NCBI RefSeq assembly: GCF_964204645.1
Contig: NC_134034.1
Coordinates: 5,740,914-5,804,913 of the forward strand
Reading direction: 5' to 3'
Length of the DNA: 64,000 bases
From: Tubulanus polymorphus
Taxonomy: Eukaryota > Animalia > Nemertea
Numbering within the stretch: the first letter of the stretch is position 1; every line of letters begins with the position of its first letter. Below are positions 52,301-61,843 of this stretch, one piece after another. The position numbers and the translations under genes were made by a program. The notes under the pieces were generated by a model, which did no database searches, was not told the DNA's origin, and saw only the letters and a list, made by a program, of their open reading frames with translations.

Positions 52301-55300
52301 GATTTTGCAGAGGAAGGTACCTGCATTTCTTGTAAGCATCCACAATGTGAAGTTCCATTTCTTCAGTTTGTTCAGGGAAAAAATGGAATTCTGAAATGTA
52401 TCCTGGAGTGTGAACATCCTCTTCATAATCACCAAGTTCAGCTGCAATATAAAGAAAAAAGGTGTACCCACAAGAGCTTTTGTTTTAACGATAGATTATG
52501 TTACATAAACACATAATAATCATTCTTGAGAAATTTTAGCTGTAATGAGTGATTGATTACTGAAATATAAATGATTGAAAAGAGTAAATTCGAAGGAATT
52601 TTCGAATTGCGTAGTTCATCTGACTGACTCCCATGTATATGGCGATGATGATGACATACCGGCTAATAGGGGCTACAGTTTAAGTGATCCCCATTTATCT
52701 TATATAACATGCATAGAACATACATCAGTATGCAGAATATGTATCTAAAGGCTGGCTTATGTCGACAAGCAACGCGACGCATACAGACTCCTACCGACGC
52801 CACTCAGAGCAACCGCGATCGCAGCCCAGCTTATGTCGACTGCGCTCCGCTTAGCAGCAACTGAGGCCAACTAGCAGGATATGAGATCCGCACAGTTGCT
52901 CCCCTGCTTATGTCAGTTACGATTACTAGCAACTGCATCGGCTTAGATGGTCACGTGATAAGCATTTTGAGAAAAAATTTAAGTTACTTTGAATTATTGG
53001 GAAATATACTCCAGTTGAAAAGCTATTTCTTTAAGATCTTTATCTTTCTGATTTGTCTTCGAATACAATGTGCCAGTGACATCATAAAGAGAGTGCCGCT
53101 CACACCATAATTCTAACAAATTTGTTTCTAGATATTCGGTACAGCCATCTACCATGCTGAAAAGGTTTGGTTTGCTTTGGAACTACGATGTATATTCGGT
53201 CTCTGATTGGGTGGAATTCCTGCATTCAGTTCCATGAGAGCTCAGTGGAGCGCATCAGATATGAGAACGCCAACCCTTGAAATCCGCGGTTTTTTTCTCG
53301 AGTTACACACGCGAACAATTCTGATCGACCCAATTTTTCTCATACTGATGGGCCCTTGGGGGATACAAATATATTATGAAATATCAAGATAGCCCTAGTT
53401 AATAAACCCTTTCAGCACTGGCCATCTACCCACCAACTTCACTGAGCCAGAAATCAAATGTTTGGTGATTTTACTAAAACCCCTGGTATACAGATACCGT
53501 AAGTGTTAAGGGGTACTGTACCCACAGAGTGAAAACGTAGTGGCCAAACATTTTGGGGATAAAAAATCAATTTTCATGCTAAATATGTGCGTCACATGAC
53601 CTAACTAGCATAATTCATATAGTTTTTTTCGGATATCCTACCAATTACTAAACAAAGCCTGCTTTTCTATGAGTATTTGATGGTAAAATTCCCTTTGATA
53701 GAAAAATTATGGCTGTTTTAGCGTAGCAAGGTAGTCCGCACAATTAGAGAAATATATTAGGCCTCAGTGTTTACATTAATCATTTTAGCCGTCAGGTCAT
53801 TTAGTAAAACAGCAGGATCTCGACCAACTTGACTGAAGGCCAAAACGGGTTCATAGTTGTAATGCTATAGGAAAAATAGCCTGTGAGCACTGTAAGCACT
53901 TAAACGCACTTTTTTCAAACCCAAGTAAGCACTTTAAACAAGAAAATTAGGCTAGAAAAGTGAATTTCACTGCCATTGATTGCCTATCTTATGTAAAATT
54001 CACTACCAACTGCAGCAACTTTTTAAGAAGTTTGCAATTTTTCGAGCCAGTGACAAAATGCCTATACTAAAGCCCTTTAAATTTGTTGGAGTAGGCCTAC
54101 CGATTTTACCAGTATAAATGAAAGGTTGAAGGAGTAAATAAAATTTACAATCTTATATTAAATTGATTTCTAAGATCACCGATCTATCGAAATGGAAGGG
54201 ATCATAGCTTCCTTCTTTGAGTATTTTCCATGTAAAATCTTTGCTGGACTGCAGAAAAATAAAAACTGGAATGAAAACTGGATTGTATTGAATTCCAATG
54301 AGAAGAAATCTTACTTTTTTCAAATGATCATAAAATAGATCATAACTTATGTCAAGATGGAAATATCAGGGAAAAGTTTGTTTTAAAGTTAAATATGATA
54401 AATTCAAAGGGGATCCGTGCTCCAAGCGATTACAAAAGCCTAACATGTGCCCCCTTGAACCAAGAAGTTTGTACGAAAATCTGTCAATGGACACAATCTC
54501 TGCGATATCCCAAACAACTGTATCGTTATTTGTGGTTGTGGGTTTCCCCAATAATTCAATATAGACACTTTCCGTACAGCAGTGAAAAGAAATCAATAGA
54601 ATTTATATATCTCACATTAAACATCGTCAAACTGTTGCCAAGATTTCTATTATTACAAAAACAATCATAAATCTATAGATTTGCAACATTTCTTAAATTG
54701 AAAGCCCTAAATCGATTTTGAAGACCATTGCAAGGCCTTGAATTTCCCTTTAATAATTCAATGATTGCAAGGCCTGCTACAAACGGAATCCTGTAGCAAC
54801 AGCCAACATGCGTGGCACTTCGAACTTCGCTGACAGCTGATTGAAACATTGCCAATTTCTTGGAAAAATTTAACTAGGCCACGCGCCTCGAGGCACATTT
54901 TTTTCATAGCTAGCAATAGTGAGTAGAGTCAAACCATGCTGCAGTAGTCGTGAGCGCATGTGTGAAGCATATATTCACAAATACTTCTGACCAGAAAATA
55001 CACAGTCGTGCTGATAGCCGACAAATCCATTCTGGAACGATGTCGGGTTGAAAAAATCAGCTGGGTCTAAAAGGCCTGACAGACGGGTCTGTGACCCGAC
55101 ATCCGGCTATTAACGAAAACACTGAGCCTTATTAAAATTGATCCACTATATATATTCCAAAAGGAAAGGATGTGCCTAGGGTAGATATATGTATAACTCA
55201 AATATCCAGACATTACCTTGAAGCGTCTTCAAAACTTCCCAAAATGACTGGATTCGTCAACGGACGGACAAATGGATGGACAAAAAGGGAACGCAATAGC

Positions 55301-58300
55301 CCTCTCAGGACTTAAGTCCCAAGTGGACTAAAAATAACTTGAATGATGTGTACTGGATTTAAAACCAAAACAGAAATTTCTAATTTGTTGGAGTAGAAAA
55401 TGGATTTCTATATCAATGAAATTCGAACCCAATGATGACTGGCACTGTGGGACGATAAGCTATTTGAAGTCTTTCATATATCAAGGCCGTGATCATCTTC
55501 CTAAAGCGGTCGCTTGCCGGTTCAGGCTGGTTGTAAGATTGTTCACATGATGTGGCACCAAATTTCCAATTAGGCCTATGTGCTTCTATTTAAATAAAGA
55601 ATTCTGAAAATTCAACTGCCGGTCACACAACTACATACGTGCACTTTGATTTAAAAATCAAACCACCTTCTCGGCAGATGAAGTGGGTTTGTAAGGGAAC
55701 ACATCAAATAAAATCTACCAATAAAATAATCAAGAGGGACAATCCCTATTCTAAGAAAAAAAAAGTACAAAATGAAAAGCATTTATCACTTACATTGTAA
55801 AGCTAAAGCAGCAAGTTCCACAGACACATCTGCTGAACATGGAAGCCGCCCCATCAGTACATCTTGCTTCAGTTGTAAGAAGAATTGATACCTAAACAGA
55901 ATTGTTCCAATACTCCATAAAAATGTTTAGGACCATTTAAAAATCAACTTGCCAATTGATTCTATTGGTATTAACCCATTAGCACTCAAGCCGCCTTTAT
56001 TCGCCCTGCCTATTAGTCCTCAAGCCGCCCGGGTACTTTTATACGACGTGCTGCACAAAAAGCAAAGATATGTGACCGGTTACATATCACATTTTTTGAG
56101 ACTAGAAATGAAAGATCCAAATAGTTTACCGTACGGAGGCGCCTTTGTTCCACAATATAACACCAACCAATCATAGCCACTGTCTCTGATTATCTTTCTT
56201 TTGGATTGCAACAGGAGAACGATAAGTCGTAACAGTTTTTACCCACCCACCATCCCGCTTAACTTGCTTCGAGTTATACGTATTCAATCATATTGTAATT
56301 GTGTAACCCAATTTTGCTTATTTGTAACGTTCAGTTTATCCGTTACCATGGCAACCACTTGTTTTCTTGGCCTAATTACCATCATGGGGTTGCCATGGCA
56401 ATGAGTATTTTAACATTTAATTCCTAGTAATTTTAATTAGATCAAACAACTGAGGCGTTTGACCTATATGTTTATTGTAAACATTATATATTTTGGTATT
56501 CTAATAGTAAACGTCAAGCAGCATGGAGCTTGGACATTTTCAATCTAAATCACCGACCTTACTTTCTTGTTGCAAAAATGGTTAAAGTGGGATGGATTCG
56601 AACCCAGTAGCTTATGATAAACTAGACAACTAAGTCCTCGAAATAATGAACAGAAATCAACATCCTCCTATTTCAATTTCTTTTGTATTTCTAGTATAAA
56701 CATAACAGATCTGCGCACTAACTTCAAATCCAAGTAAGTGTAGATGCAAATCAGGGGGGCCAAAAGGACACGATTTTGGTGGCCCATCTCATCAAATCTT
56801 ACATCACATGAAAGCATTGACTGTTTATTACAAAATAACACGAACTTGTAATGCATGGAAGTAGACAGCAAATGAGCTATTCGGCGAACTTGGATTTTCC
56901 CTTGAATTTTCTGAGGAGTAATTGACACTACATAGTGAAATTCCTTGAGTGCTAATGGGTTAACAAGAAAATGCGAGCAATGCAAAGCATCGCAGTGCAT
57001 TATTTTAGCAATTGGTAAAGTTCCTTTTCTTTTACTTTAAGTTACTAGAATACATACAAGTTAGCAAAATAAGGTCCTGGAAAAATTATCTTCGATAATC
57101 TTCAAAAATTCATGCATGACATAATCAAACAGATATCCAGTTATTTACCTTGTTAATTCTTCACGCAAATTATTTGGTTCTGATGAATAAAATTTCACAC
57201 GGAATCGAAAACTGAATGGCGGCCCAACTGAAAAAAAAAAGAAAACTACGTATGGCTTGATGTCACCAACGCTCAGACACTTGAAAATCTACCTTTTAAG
57301 CTGCACACGGCATAAAATTTGTTTCACCAAAACCGAACACACATTGTTCACAAATCGTTTTGAGTTGAAAAAACATCCAACGCACATGGCATAACGAAAA
57401 CGCGCAGAAAACATTTCTCACACCATGGAGACAACAATAAACTAAGTTATTCATATCAATTTTTGTAATGCCATGTGATACATTGTTGCTCGCTGCTTGG
57501 TTAATCAGCTGTGGATGTTTTACAAATCACAAAACATCCACCACATACGGGACGAAAAATGTTTTCGACTAAACACAAGAGGTTTTTCGCAAATCAAGCA
57601 GTGCTTGACAGATGTTTAAAATTGACTATAGTGTAATAATAAGTAAAGTAGTGGATGCATGAGTTCTTTTTGTCAGTAAAAACAGTTTAAGTTTCTCATG
57701 ACATTTTTTGTTTCGGTACGCATGCCATGAATAGAAATCTTTTTTCAATATGCCCGTTACTCTCAAGTCTGTGTTAAACACAATCTGGGATGCCGCTCAC
57801 CTTGCTGTGCGTACACAGCACAATATAGTACATATAGTAGTCTCAAAAGCTGTTATCACTAATCACGAAATAGGGGGATTCCCAGAGTTTACAGTATCTT
57901 CGATTGGCACAGTTTGCGTAAATTTGATGACATTACTGGTAATTTTCTTTCAAATCAAATCCAGGCTAGTGTCGAACATCGCATGCAAGCGTCATGCGAA
58001 GCAAAAGGGTTAAAAGAGACGAGGGCGGGGTTGTATTTCTATTTTTGGAATAAAAACATAGGCCTACTATTTCCATGCATTATTCAAGGGCTGATGGAGG
58101 GTGATTTTCAAGATTAATTGGATGCAAAGAACAAATAGCCTATATGACTATATTACGCATCTATAGGCCTATAGGACAAGCTGTATAACCACTGGCTGAG
58201 TGGACTAGTTCTATTGGTCTACTAGCACACTTGCTTTCTACATACAAACAAGACCGTGGTTCGATCCCTGGTGAGTGCTCGTAATTTCACTGTCACTTTA

Positions 58301-61291
58301 CTTGATGACAGTAACCGACAGCTCTACCTTGACATTCGCGATCGATAATACTTAATGAATGACGTACATGGGCAAAAAAGTTACAAGGTGACTTTAAAAT
58401 GTTTGTGCGGGCAACTGGATTTCAATACAACCAGCCTCGCGGCAGTTACAGCCTTTAAAACTTAGACGAGCAGCGATTAAAAGTAAAAGTTGATGGCCGA
58501 TGAAGGTTAACCCCCTGAGCCATCAGCTGCATTGACCTTCGGTCGCAGGTAAGCTAAAAGAGAATGTTTGTCATTTCTTGTGGGTGGGCTTGCACATTTT
58601 CTTTTTTTCTTCTTATTAGACACATTGCAAGTAGCCTAAAACGTGAGGTTTTCAGAATTGATGAGACATTAAGAATCAATTTGGAGTGGGCTTACTTTTA
58701 GGCAAGAGATTACAGTGTACTTACTTTTACATTGTTTCTTAATTGTTTTGGTTGGATCTAACCAGTGCTGGAATTTAAGATTGATAGAATTTATTTCTAA
58801 CATTTACCATTCAATGCAATGTTTCCTCGTTCATCATTAGATCTATAAATCATTAGGCCTACATGGTTTTCAAGATGACAACAGGTTTGATAAGAATGCC
58901 AGGGGCCAGAGGTAGGCAAAAGAGGAGAAAATGTTCACTGTCCCAAAACAATTTAACAAAGTCATGCTACGGGAATAGCAGTTCATTCTACTCATTTATT
59001 GAAACTTAAAAGGGCAAATGCCATCAAAATTGTACTCTGCGATTTCTTAACCAGAAGAAACTTTAGTATACATATAACGACCTGAGATGTTACTTATTGA
59101 AAAAAGGAGCACGAATTAGCCATAATAGCTAGCGGAATAGTCATCTATTCATCCTTCACTCCGTGCGTATAGTTCATATTCAACCCACGGGTGGCGCTAT
59201 TTATAATGTTAACTATGACAATCAACACAAGCACGTATGCGCGCTCTTACGCGTAGCCTATGTATAATCAATAAAATAAACACCATTTGTTCACCGTAAT
59301 CACTGACCTACAGCGCTACTCACTGATATACGATTATCATGTCATATGGTAAGAGTTTATTAATTCAAATCACTCCCAAAACGATAAAATATTGCATGAA
59401 ATGTCTAGTGAAATGACTGAGAGCCACGAGCGTTTGTCAGAGATGACGTCAGAAACACGCACCTGCTAGGATAAACAATAACAGTGAGCATGTGCTGAAA
59501 TTGCCAACTTAAAAGTCGTATTTCTCAGTAATGGCTGAACTAAAATTCAAACCAGTTCCATATTTGATATTTGTGAATACATCACAAATGAAAATGAATC
59601 TTACACAATATTCTATTTTGATGGCATATGCTCTTTAAGACTAGAGGGGTCCAAGGACACAATGCCCACTTGGGATATGGTTTCAAATGCTAAATGAATA
59701 ATCTAACAATTCAATATTCAACACCCCCTGGAGACCATATCCTACTAAGTTATTCTACTTACTATTGAACATCCCCTGGTGACCATATACAAAACCCAAT
59801 GACCTTGAAACTCACAACAATCATAGAACATATCAGGAGCTACAATTTTGCAATTGATTGCTGTAACAGAATAAGCCTATGTACCAATAGGCCTATATGG
59901 AAATACTAAGTTATTGTTCTATTCAATGCATCACCGCCCAGCCCCGGCCAAATCGTCTCCGTGCGATCGCGGCTTAACGTTTTTTCTGGTAAAGAAATCG
60001 CGGAAAGTACAATTTTGATGGCATTTGCCCTTTAAAACTCACGACAATCATAGAACATGTCATGAGCTACAAGTTTGCAATTGATTATGGTTAAAAACTA
60101 TGCATAGGTACCAATATAAATAGACAAATTGTAGGCCTATATTATTCAACATTTAACTCCCCCCGGTGGAAAGAACAAAGAATCAGGTGATCCCAATTCC
60201 ACGTGAGATGTACCCTATGCCAGTGCTAATAAAATTCAAATATCGAGACTTTAAGTTAAAACCTGTTGATATTTTCCTGAAAAAAGGCCGCCTATCGAAT
60301 CAAATTTCTCATGCTTATGGGCCCTTGGGGAAAAATATGTGTAAAAGATCAAGATAATTGATCGAAGAGTCTTCAAAATTTCCCTTCGAAAATTTCAAAA
60401 ATGTGTAAATAGTGCTAATTTTAGTGAACTACAATGGCTGCCAGTTGGCCATTTTTATTCTGATCAAGCAAATTTTTGGGTTGAAGATAGGCCTATATCA
60501 TTTAAGTAGATACACGAATAAACCAATTATGAATACAATCCATAGATGCGTCTCCAAAACTTTCCACAATAACTGGATTCCATCAACGAACAGACGAACG
60601 GACGAAAAGTGAATGCAATAAAAAGTGCTTATTTTGGCACACAACAATGACTGCCAAACGGCCATCTTGATTTTGATCGCGCCAGTTTTTCAGGCAGACG
60701 ATGTATCCAGGGTATAGGGCCTATACGTCTATCAACAAAAGATAAAGACAACTCATTGAAGCATCTTCAAAACTTCCCAAAATAACTGTATTCCATCTAC
60801 ATATGGACGAAATGTGAAAGCAATAGCCCCCGGGACTCAAGTCCCAAGTGGGCTAAAAAGGGCTCTGCAATTTGTAGGTATTGGTCCATAGAATATTCAT
60901 AATCAATTTGGAATTGATCTCATTTAAACTTTAGGACTAGTAGCAATTTAAAGAAATAGAAGCCCCATCCCCAGGACCGCCCCCGTGGAGGACTAATACA
61001 CAAGATGATCTGTAACAACTTTGTAGGTCTTGGTCCATAGAACATTCATTCCAAATTTTCGGTCATAGCTGAGCTTAAAAGTGAATTTAGACGTTAAGTT
61101 GGCTAGTTTCCTGTGTGTCGAAAATTCCATCAATTCTACTGATCTCGATAGTGATTAAACACAGGAAAATTCAAATAACTACTTACATTCACATTTGCAG
61201 TATCTGTAAATTGTAATCCAAAGTAATCCTTTTCAACTATATCCAGGTGATAAAAAACTTTCTCATAAAGTTCATGTGCGTCGACTTTTTT
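16530..61291 (-). CDS. EPB41L5: Band 4.1-like FERM/FA protein Yurt/Moe/EPB41L5 ortholog, 18 exons in window (2958 nt, 985 aa + stop), 5' end outside window
   Basis: GT-AG exons join in consistent phase. The FERM motifs ([90 protein letters not shown]), the FA region (GSRFRYSGRTEFQ) and the C-terminal TTEL are typical of the EPB41L5/EPB41L4B/Yurt group. Confidence 0.92.
20525..21334 (-). CDS. EPB41L5: Yurt large Ser/Pro/Thr-rich exon ([14 protein letters not shown]...three NPF motifs...LGTGGDVVI), phase 0-0
   Basis: ctttag / gtaagt, 810-nt open frame. Confidence 0.85.
21833..21887 (-). CDS. EPB41L5: Yurt exon ([18 protein letters not shown]), phase 2-0
   Basis: ttttag / gtaagt; needed to convert phase 2 to phase 0. 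Confidence 0.8.
22275..22318. repeat. (TA)n microsatellite, ~22 units
   Basis: Direct reading. Confidence 0.95.
23011..23132. repeat. DIRS 3' (right) ITR core
   Basis: Reverse complement of 28973-29094 with a single mismatch (23082 vs 29023). Confidence 0.95.
23188..23285. repeat. DIRS internal complementary region (ICR)
   Basis: 23188-23246 is the exact reverse complement of 22968-23026; 23243-23285 is the exact reverse complement of 29073-29115; the two halves overlap at TAAT. Confidence 0.95.
23544..25547 (-). CDS. DIRS ORF3 tyrosine recombinase (recognisable domain from ~24620; true start uncertain)
   Basis: SAM-like N-domain ([23 protein letters not shown]) and catalytic R (SARRSEI), K (LAKNQ), HxxR (HQVR), W (AFWNS), Y (FTSFYL) are all present. 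Confidence 0.93.
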   Translation of the reverse strand: MEGLLVSVEGQLGGLDSRTSNRSKSGSSVVGGHYESSARGVTSPVRGSSSCIHGCQSPRLGGTSGEPSQSREMVSLRGHQPHKFPRNAGRVEGPEVLSQESGGPPRLVSHRQFNSEGLPSEPRGHSLRNPHRSVGQNSSLVPDKGRVPDCGTFSREKERDGRCSVSSRSGYCDRMGSPPRSSRSGSGHFWQSAAGSVCHPVQSEVSSVCVPVSRRGSVGGRCLLSGLVGDACVCVPAHTSPAAPTGSNREISQLQHSSGSTMLAGSEMVPTTSQPTVRQPQDSSEFPIASVSGDLSASSKQPVVKSARLAIVQRSLSASGFSEQAASFIAGSKRPSTSTIYDAKWSHFADWCAAGEIDPCSPSVAQLADFLLHLFVAKGLQVITIKGYRSAISHTLRASGWPNVAGDHRISQLVAGFSISRPRVTRTVPPWDLSVILKKLMEAPFEPLSAASFANLSKKTVFLLFLACSARRSEIHALSVRQGHIVFGPANEFVSLRPALEFLAKNQRPGSVGRQWRIEALKHRVEPGIPDRTLCPVRALCFYLDRSASRRGSRERLFIPLLDHLKGDISRDTVARWVSSMIKDILLKENLSSEGVVSHQVRSMATSCAAFSGAPLEEVCRAAFWNSPSTFTSFYLRDVSGQLGSLASLGPVVMAQGVRSFRSDPLV
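24455..26626 (-). CDS. DIRS ORF2: reverse transcriptase - RNase H - methyltransferase-like domain
   Basis: RT motifs [30 protein letters not shown]; RNase H FTDAS..GWG, HINFLE, TDNST, N..ADALSR; MT-like DLFAT...DAFSLDW...YAFPP...LVAPCWP..KWF. Confidence 0.95.
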   Translation of the reverse strand: MPVGELARNFNNRVKPRPVVTVPVRIEARGRLQKGALPFGKTRNEFLGPVGGCLQQAATHWSDLFGDGWPSRVVSRGYHLRFLRRPRLMRSPPDMRPKPGQEALISPALKELAEKGAIEPVCNETSPGWFSRIFMVPKATGGQRTVIDLSSLNRHLDIPRFRMTKPKDVIQGLRPGQWAASLDLKDAYFQVPIHPKSLRFLRIKWKGRQFQFRSLPFGLSTAPWVFTKLVKSVQKVLQSRGVRLFVYLDDWLIVANSAQECREAMTSVLDLVHQLGFRVNREKSQLTPAQQFTYLGMDFDLRIGKVFPSMVRVAKLHEAVAGVSTTPRTARYWSRLLGSISSMGLVVPLGRLRSRRLQQYWKVFWSQSKGNWEALIPVPPTDLSPDLQWWAATTNLRLGVSLAPLEAPVRVFTDASHQGWGAHLENRVKAGKWSRYEAINHINFLEMLAVWKALKFFHRRVEGHHVWLATDNSTVRAYLQNQGGTHSETLTGLSAKILLWCQTKGVSLTVAHLAGKRNVMADALSRRGQAIATEWVLHQEVADRVRGIFGNPLLDLFATRFNRRCPLFVSPFPDAEAWGVDAFSLDWSGMHAYAFPPTPVLPRLLDQIERSVNCNIVLVAPCWPAQKWFLPLLNLLCDNPRILPNFPSLLSQGIFRHHPNSQWLNLLAWPLSSDPCQLQAFQNRLPPLSQDLSGHQQVPFTMPNGVILRIGVLQGKLIHAHPL
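26493..28769 (-). CDS. DIRS ORF1 Gag-like protein (758 aa from ATG 28769)
   Basis: N-terminal Cys/His cluster (CGH...HDSCASC...C....PCNIC), SP/RS-rich middle, C-terminal [10 protein letters not shown]...LLRAPL...LF motif resembling the DIRS gag/LAP2alpha-like domain. Confidence 0.88.
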   Translation of the reverse strand: MPPPPKGQHRGGEGCGHLFGAWDNHDSCASCRRKSGQICARSNPCNICVVWSEDLWLRADKALKLRDRRRVSRDSSVSADVPTDVSNPVSYRKAERSPGVQVRSASQLRSPGRNAGSPAPVSGHSPVSGRSPAPVSGHSPVSGRSPVRPVRPVQTTCSEPSARRGSRERPAPVRSVPVRVGHRSGSATGPVQTSSGSKHPVRSSSDSDRRSGDRARSPTRFRRRERNKRARSPSRRSRFDRERDYDRYCLKFRRRSSHRSSTSVSDESDSSSRSRSRSRDRHRSRHDRRDTGKYPTQKDFHVFEEKILNLLSSSQQVAATSTTGKPIPDCPVRSSPAHSVFRNSDSEFLDAAVGSDFNEDPVPEAAIPFGVVPVASNCGLPQTMGASLARNVSPSRSVLSEPAGDMPFRAMISEFFVKHGATRAKPTAAPLVGESMEAYRPPDSDLNVLRESSAVSREWARLDTQLWGECRPGTFSFPPPERGMKSGKYFSSTDPPIGAFRSAYYATPGAVDHSHNCLDADYTLISPDTVTAQSGIRLPKSGLVAMTSILDNLTRVGSFQDMALKVLTGELRETHAAVHAGSDPESVALKLEGMDRIIQSLARSVSHVIPLSVWGQANLVLASRQSVMDSSAKTRLPDMVSNALLRAPLGTSSRLFSGWCAPVSAELRKIREVQAKSNPRTPWKKLSGPTPAAQGSARTQTGPSQTSALSQAASDAGWRTSAQLQQSCQASSGRNSSGSYRGKGKAPKRGSSFRKNSK
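28331..28423. repeat. Perfect 42-bp tandem duplication inside gag ([14 protein letters not shown] x2)
   Basis: ccggtgaacgaccagagaccggtgaatgaccggagaccggtg twice, plus a partial third copy. Confidence 0.9.
28777..28885 (-). other. Putative spliceosomal intron in the DIRS 5' leader (109 nt)
   Basis: ACG|GTGAGT donor, T-rich body, ttttgatttgtaacAG|G acceptor 7 nt before the gag ATG. Confidence 0.65.
28973..29094. repeat. DIRS 5' (left) ITR core
   Basis: Reverse complement of 23011-23132. Confidence 0.95.
29520..29840 (-). pseudogene. Internally deleted piggyBac transposase (acidic N-terminus fused to end of C-terminal Cys-rich domain)
   Basis: D/E/S-rich stretch followed by [17 protein letters not shown], matching the piggyBac C-terminal C..(V/I)PLC..PCF..(Y/W)H pattern; no DDD core. 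Confidence 0.75.
30559..30642 (-). CDS. EPB41L5: Yurt exon ([27 protein letters not shown]), phase 2-2
   Basis: ttttttag / gtatgg, phase-consistent. Confidence 0.78.
31779..32086. mobile_element. MITE, same family as 6278-6564
   Basis: Shared TIRs and core (gcaccaatca..ttgctcgttgtataatcgctgagg). Confidence 0.75.
32429..32569 (-). CDS. EPB41L5: Yurt exon ([46 protein letters not shown]), phase 2-2
   Basis: gtttag / gtagta, open acidic frame, phase-consistent. Confidence 0.75.
34443..34512 (-). CDS. EPB41L5: Yurt exon ([23 protein letters not shown]), phase 1-2
   Basis: ctttcag (CAGCAG tandem acceptor) / gtatgt; needed to convert phase 1 to phase 2. Confidence 0.8.
34640..34837 (-). CDS. EPB41L5: Yurt exon ([14 protein letters not shown]...[33 protein letters not shown]), phase 1-1
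   Basis: ctgtag / gtttgt, open frame, phase-consistent. Confidence 0.88.
35970..36247 (-). CDS. EPB41L5: Yurt exon ([14 protein letters not shown]...[11 protein letters not shown]...DVSLK), phase 2-1
   Basis: ttttag / gtttgt, open frame, phase-consistent. Confidence 0.85.
37694..37939 (-). CDS. EPB41L5: Yurt exon ([30 protein letters not shown]...), phase 2-2
   Basis: ttttcag / gtaaga, FA domain plus charged helix. Confidence 0.92.
40673..40842 (-). CDS. EPB41L5: Yurt exon ([12 protein letters not shown]...[15 protein letters not shown]...[11 protein letters not shown]), phase 0-2
   Basis: ctttag / gtaatg, end of FERM-C and start of FA domain. Confidence 0.95.
41180..41575 (-). pseudogene. 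Degenerate relic of a related DIRS element (5' leader + gag N-terminus)
   Basis: 41498-41575 aligns to DIRS leader 28856-28927, including the GTGAGT donor. 41187-41310 translates (with frameshift) to [37 protein letters not shown] versus gag [37 protein letters not shown]. Confidence 0.8.
41576..42000. repeat. Interspersed DNA-transposon-like repeat; copy at ~52747-53185, fragment at ~6584-6650
   Basis: Shared AAGGCTGGCTTATGTCGACAAGCAACGCGACGC start and ~400 bp of colinear similarity. Confidence 0.75.
44122..44191 (-). CDS. EPB41L5: Yurt exon ([23 protein letters not shown]), phase 2-0
   Basis: tttccag / gtgagt, FERM-C. Confidence 0.95.
45315..45403 (-). CDS. EPB41L5: Yurt exon ([30 protein letters not shown]), phase 0-2
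   Basis: tttcag / gtaagt, FERM-C. Confidence 0.95.
45703..45927 (-). mobile_element. tRNA-derived SINE
   Basis: On the minus strand: A-box AGCTCAGTTGG, B-box AGTTCGAAACC, non-tRNA body, GGGACGTTAAAC...A-run tail. Confidence 0.65.
46784..46871 (-). CDS. EPB41L5: Yurt exon ([30 protein letters not shown]), phase 2-0
   Basis: ttccag / gtcagt, FERM-M/C boundary. Confidence 0.95.
48329..51003 (+). mobile_element. Helentron/Helitron2-type non-autonomous element (~2.7 kb)
   Basis: 5' hairpin AGGGTTTTCTG-N8-CAGAAAACCCT; 3' CAGAAAACCC followed by GCTGCTTTGCAGC hairpin and TATATTTT, the typical Helentron terminal layout. Confidence 0.7.
52321..52441 (-). CDS. EPB41L5: Yurt exon ([40 protein letters not shown]), phase 1-2
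   Basis: ttgcag / gtacc, FERM-M. Confidence 0.94.
53407..54127. mobile_element. piggyBac-like degenerate MITE; second copy at ~37093-37496
   Basis: CCCTTTCA.. / ..TGAAAGG(G)TT ends; ~300 bp of shared internal sequence between the two copies. Confidence 0.55.
55794..55891 (-). CDS. EPB41L5: Yurt exon ([32 protein letters not shown]), phase 2-1
   Basis: tttag / gtaagt, FERM-M. Confidence 0.95.
55975..56959. mobile_element. piggyBac-type MITE
   Basis: Perfect 16-bp TIR CCCATTAGCACTCAAG with TTAA on both sides. Confidence 0.85.
57149..57227 (-). CDS. EPB41L5: Yurt exon ([27 protein letters not shown]), phase 1-2
   Basis: ttttcag / gtaaat, conserved FERM motif. Confidence 0.95.
58725..58767 (-). 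CDS. EPB41L5: Yurt exon ([14 protein letters not shown]), phase 0-1
   Basis: ttccag / gtaagt, FERM-N motif. Confidence 0.95.
59010..59634. mobile_element. TTAA-flanked MITE with purine-starting TIRs (Kolobok-like)
   Basis: AGGGCAAATGCCATCAAAAT ... ATTTTGATGGCATATGCTCT|TTAA; another related terminus at ~59978-60035. Confidence 0.6.
59640..60859. mobile_element. HINE/Helentron-like non-autonomous element
   Basis: ACTAG terminus, subterminal inverted repeats GCCCACTTGGGA / TCCCAAGTGGGC, terminal hairpin GGGACTCAAGTCCC, A-run end; related pieces at ~10325, ~16040, ~32930-33840, ~50330-50403 (inverted), ~55290-55333. Confidence 0.7.
61187..61291 (-). CDS. EPB41L5: Yurt exon ([35 protein letters not shown]), phase 0-0
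   Basis: ttacag acceptor, gtaagt donor, FERM-N sequence. Confidence 0.95.
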
Positions 61292-61843
61292 CTGTAAGAC
61301 ATCGCAAGGAATTATAATTACACTTGACTAACAGGCAATGTAATGAAAAGAGTAAGCTATGTGTTAATCACAGTTGAATTGTGTAGTGTTCTAGTCATTC
61401 AAGGGTTAGATAGTAGCAATCAGTTCCGCGGTAAAAGTGCAGATCCACGCCTCTCATGATAGACGCATTCTACTGAATTACAAATTACTGTATGCAGACT
61501 CGGAATGATGTTTCTAGGAATCCAATGCAGAGATTTATTTTATGATATATCCAGACAAGAAAGTAGATTTTTTGGCTGTTTTCCTGTAAAAAGTCAGGTT
61601 TTTTTTTAACTGTACGCCACATTTAAATGCAGAATTGTCTCAAATCTTTACCGGTACTGAAATGATGTAAGGGTTATCGGTGCAATTATAGTATAGTAGA
61701 ATCCTCTTTATTCGGATTACTTGGGATCTACAAAATTCATAGAGTTTATGGGAAATTCAGATTAAAGGTCATTAGACTAAAATCCGGATTAAGCCAATCT
61801 GGATTAAGAGGGTTCGACTGTAAAAACATTTCAATCAACCGGC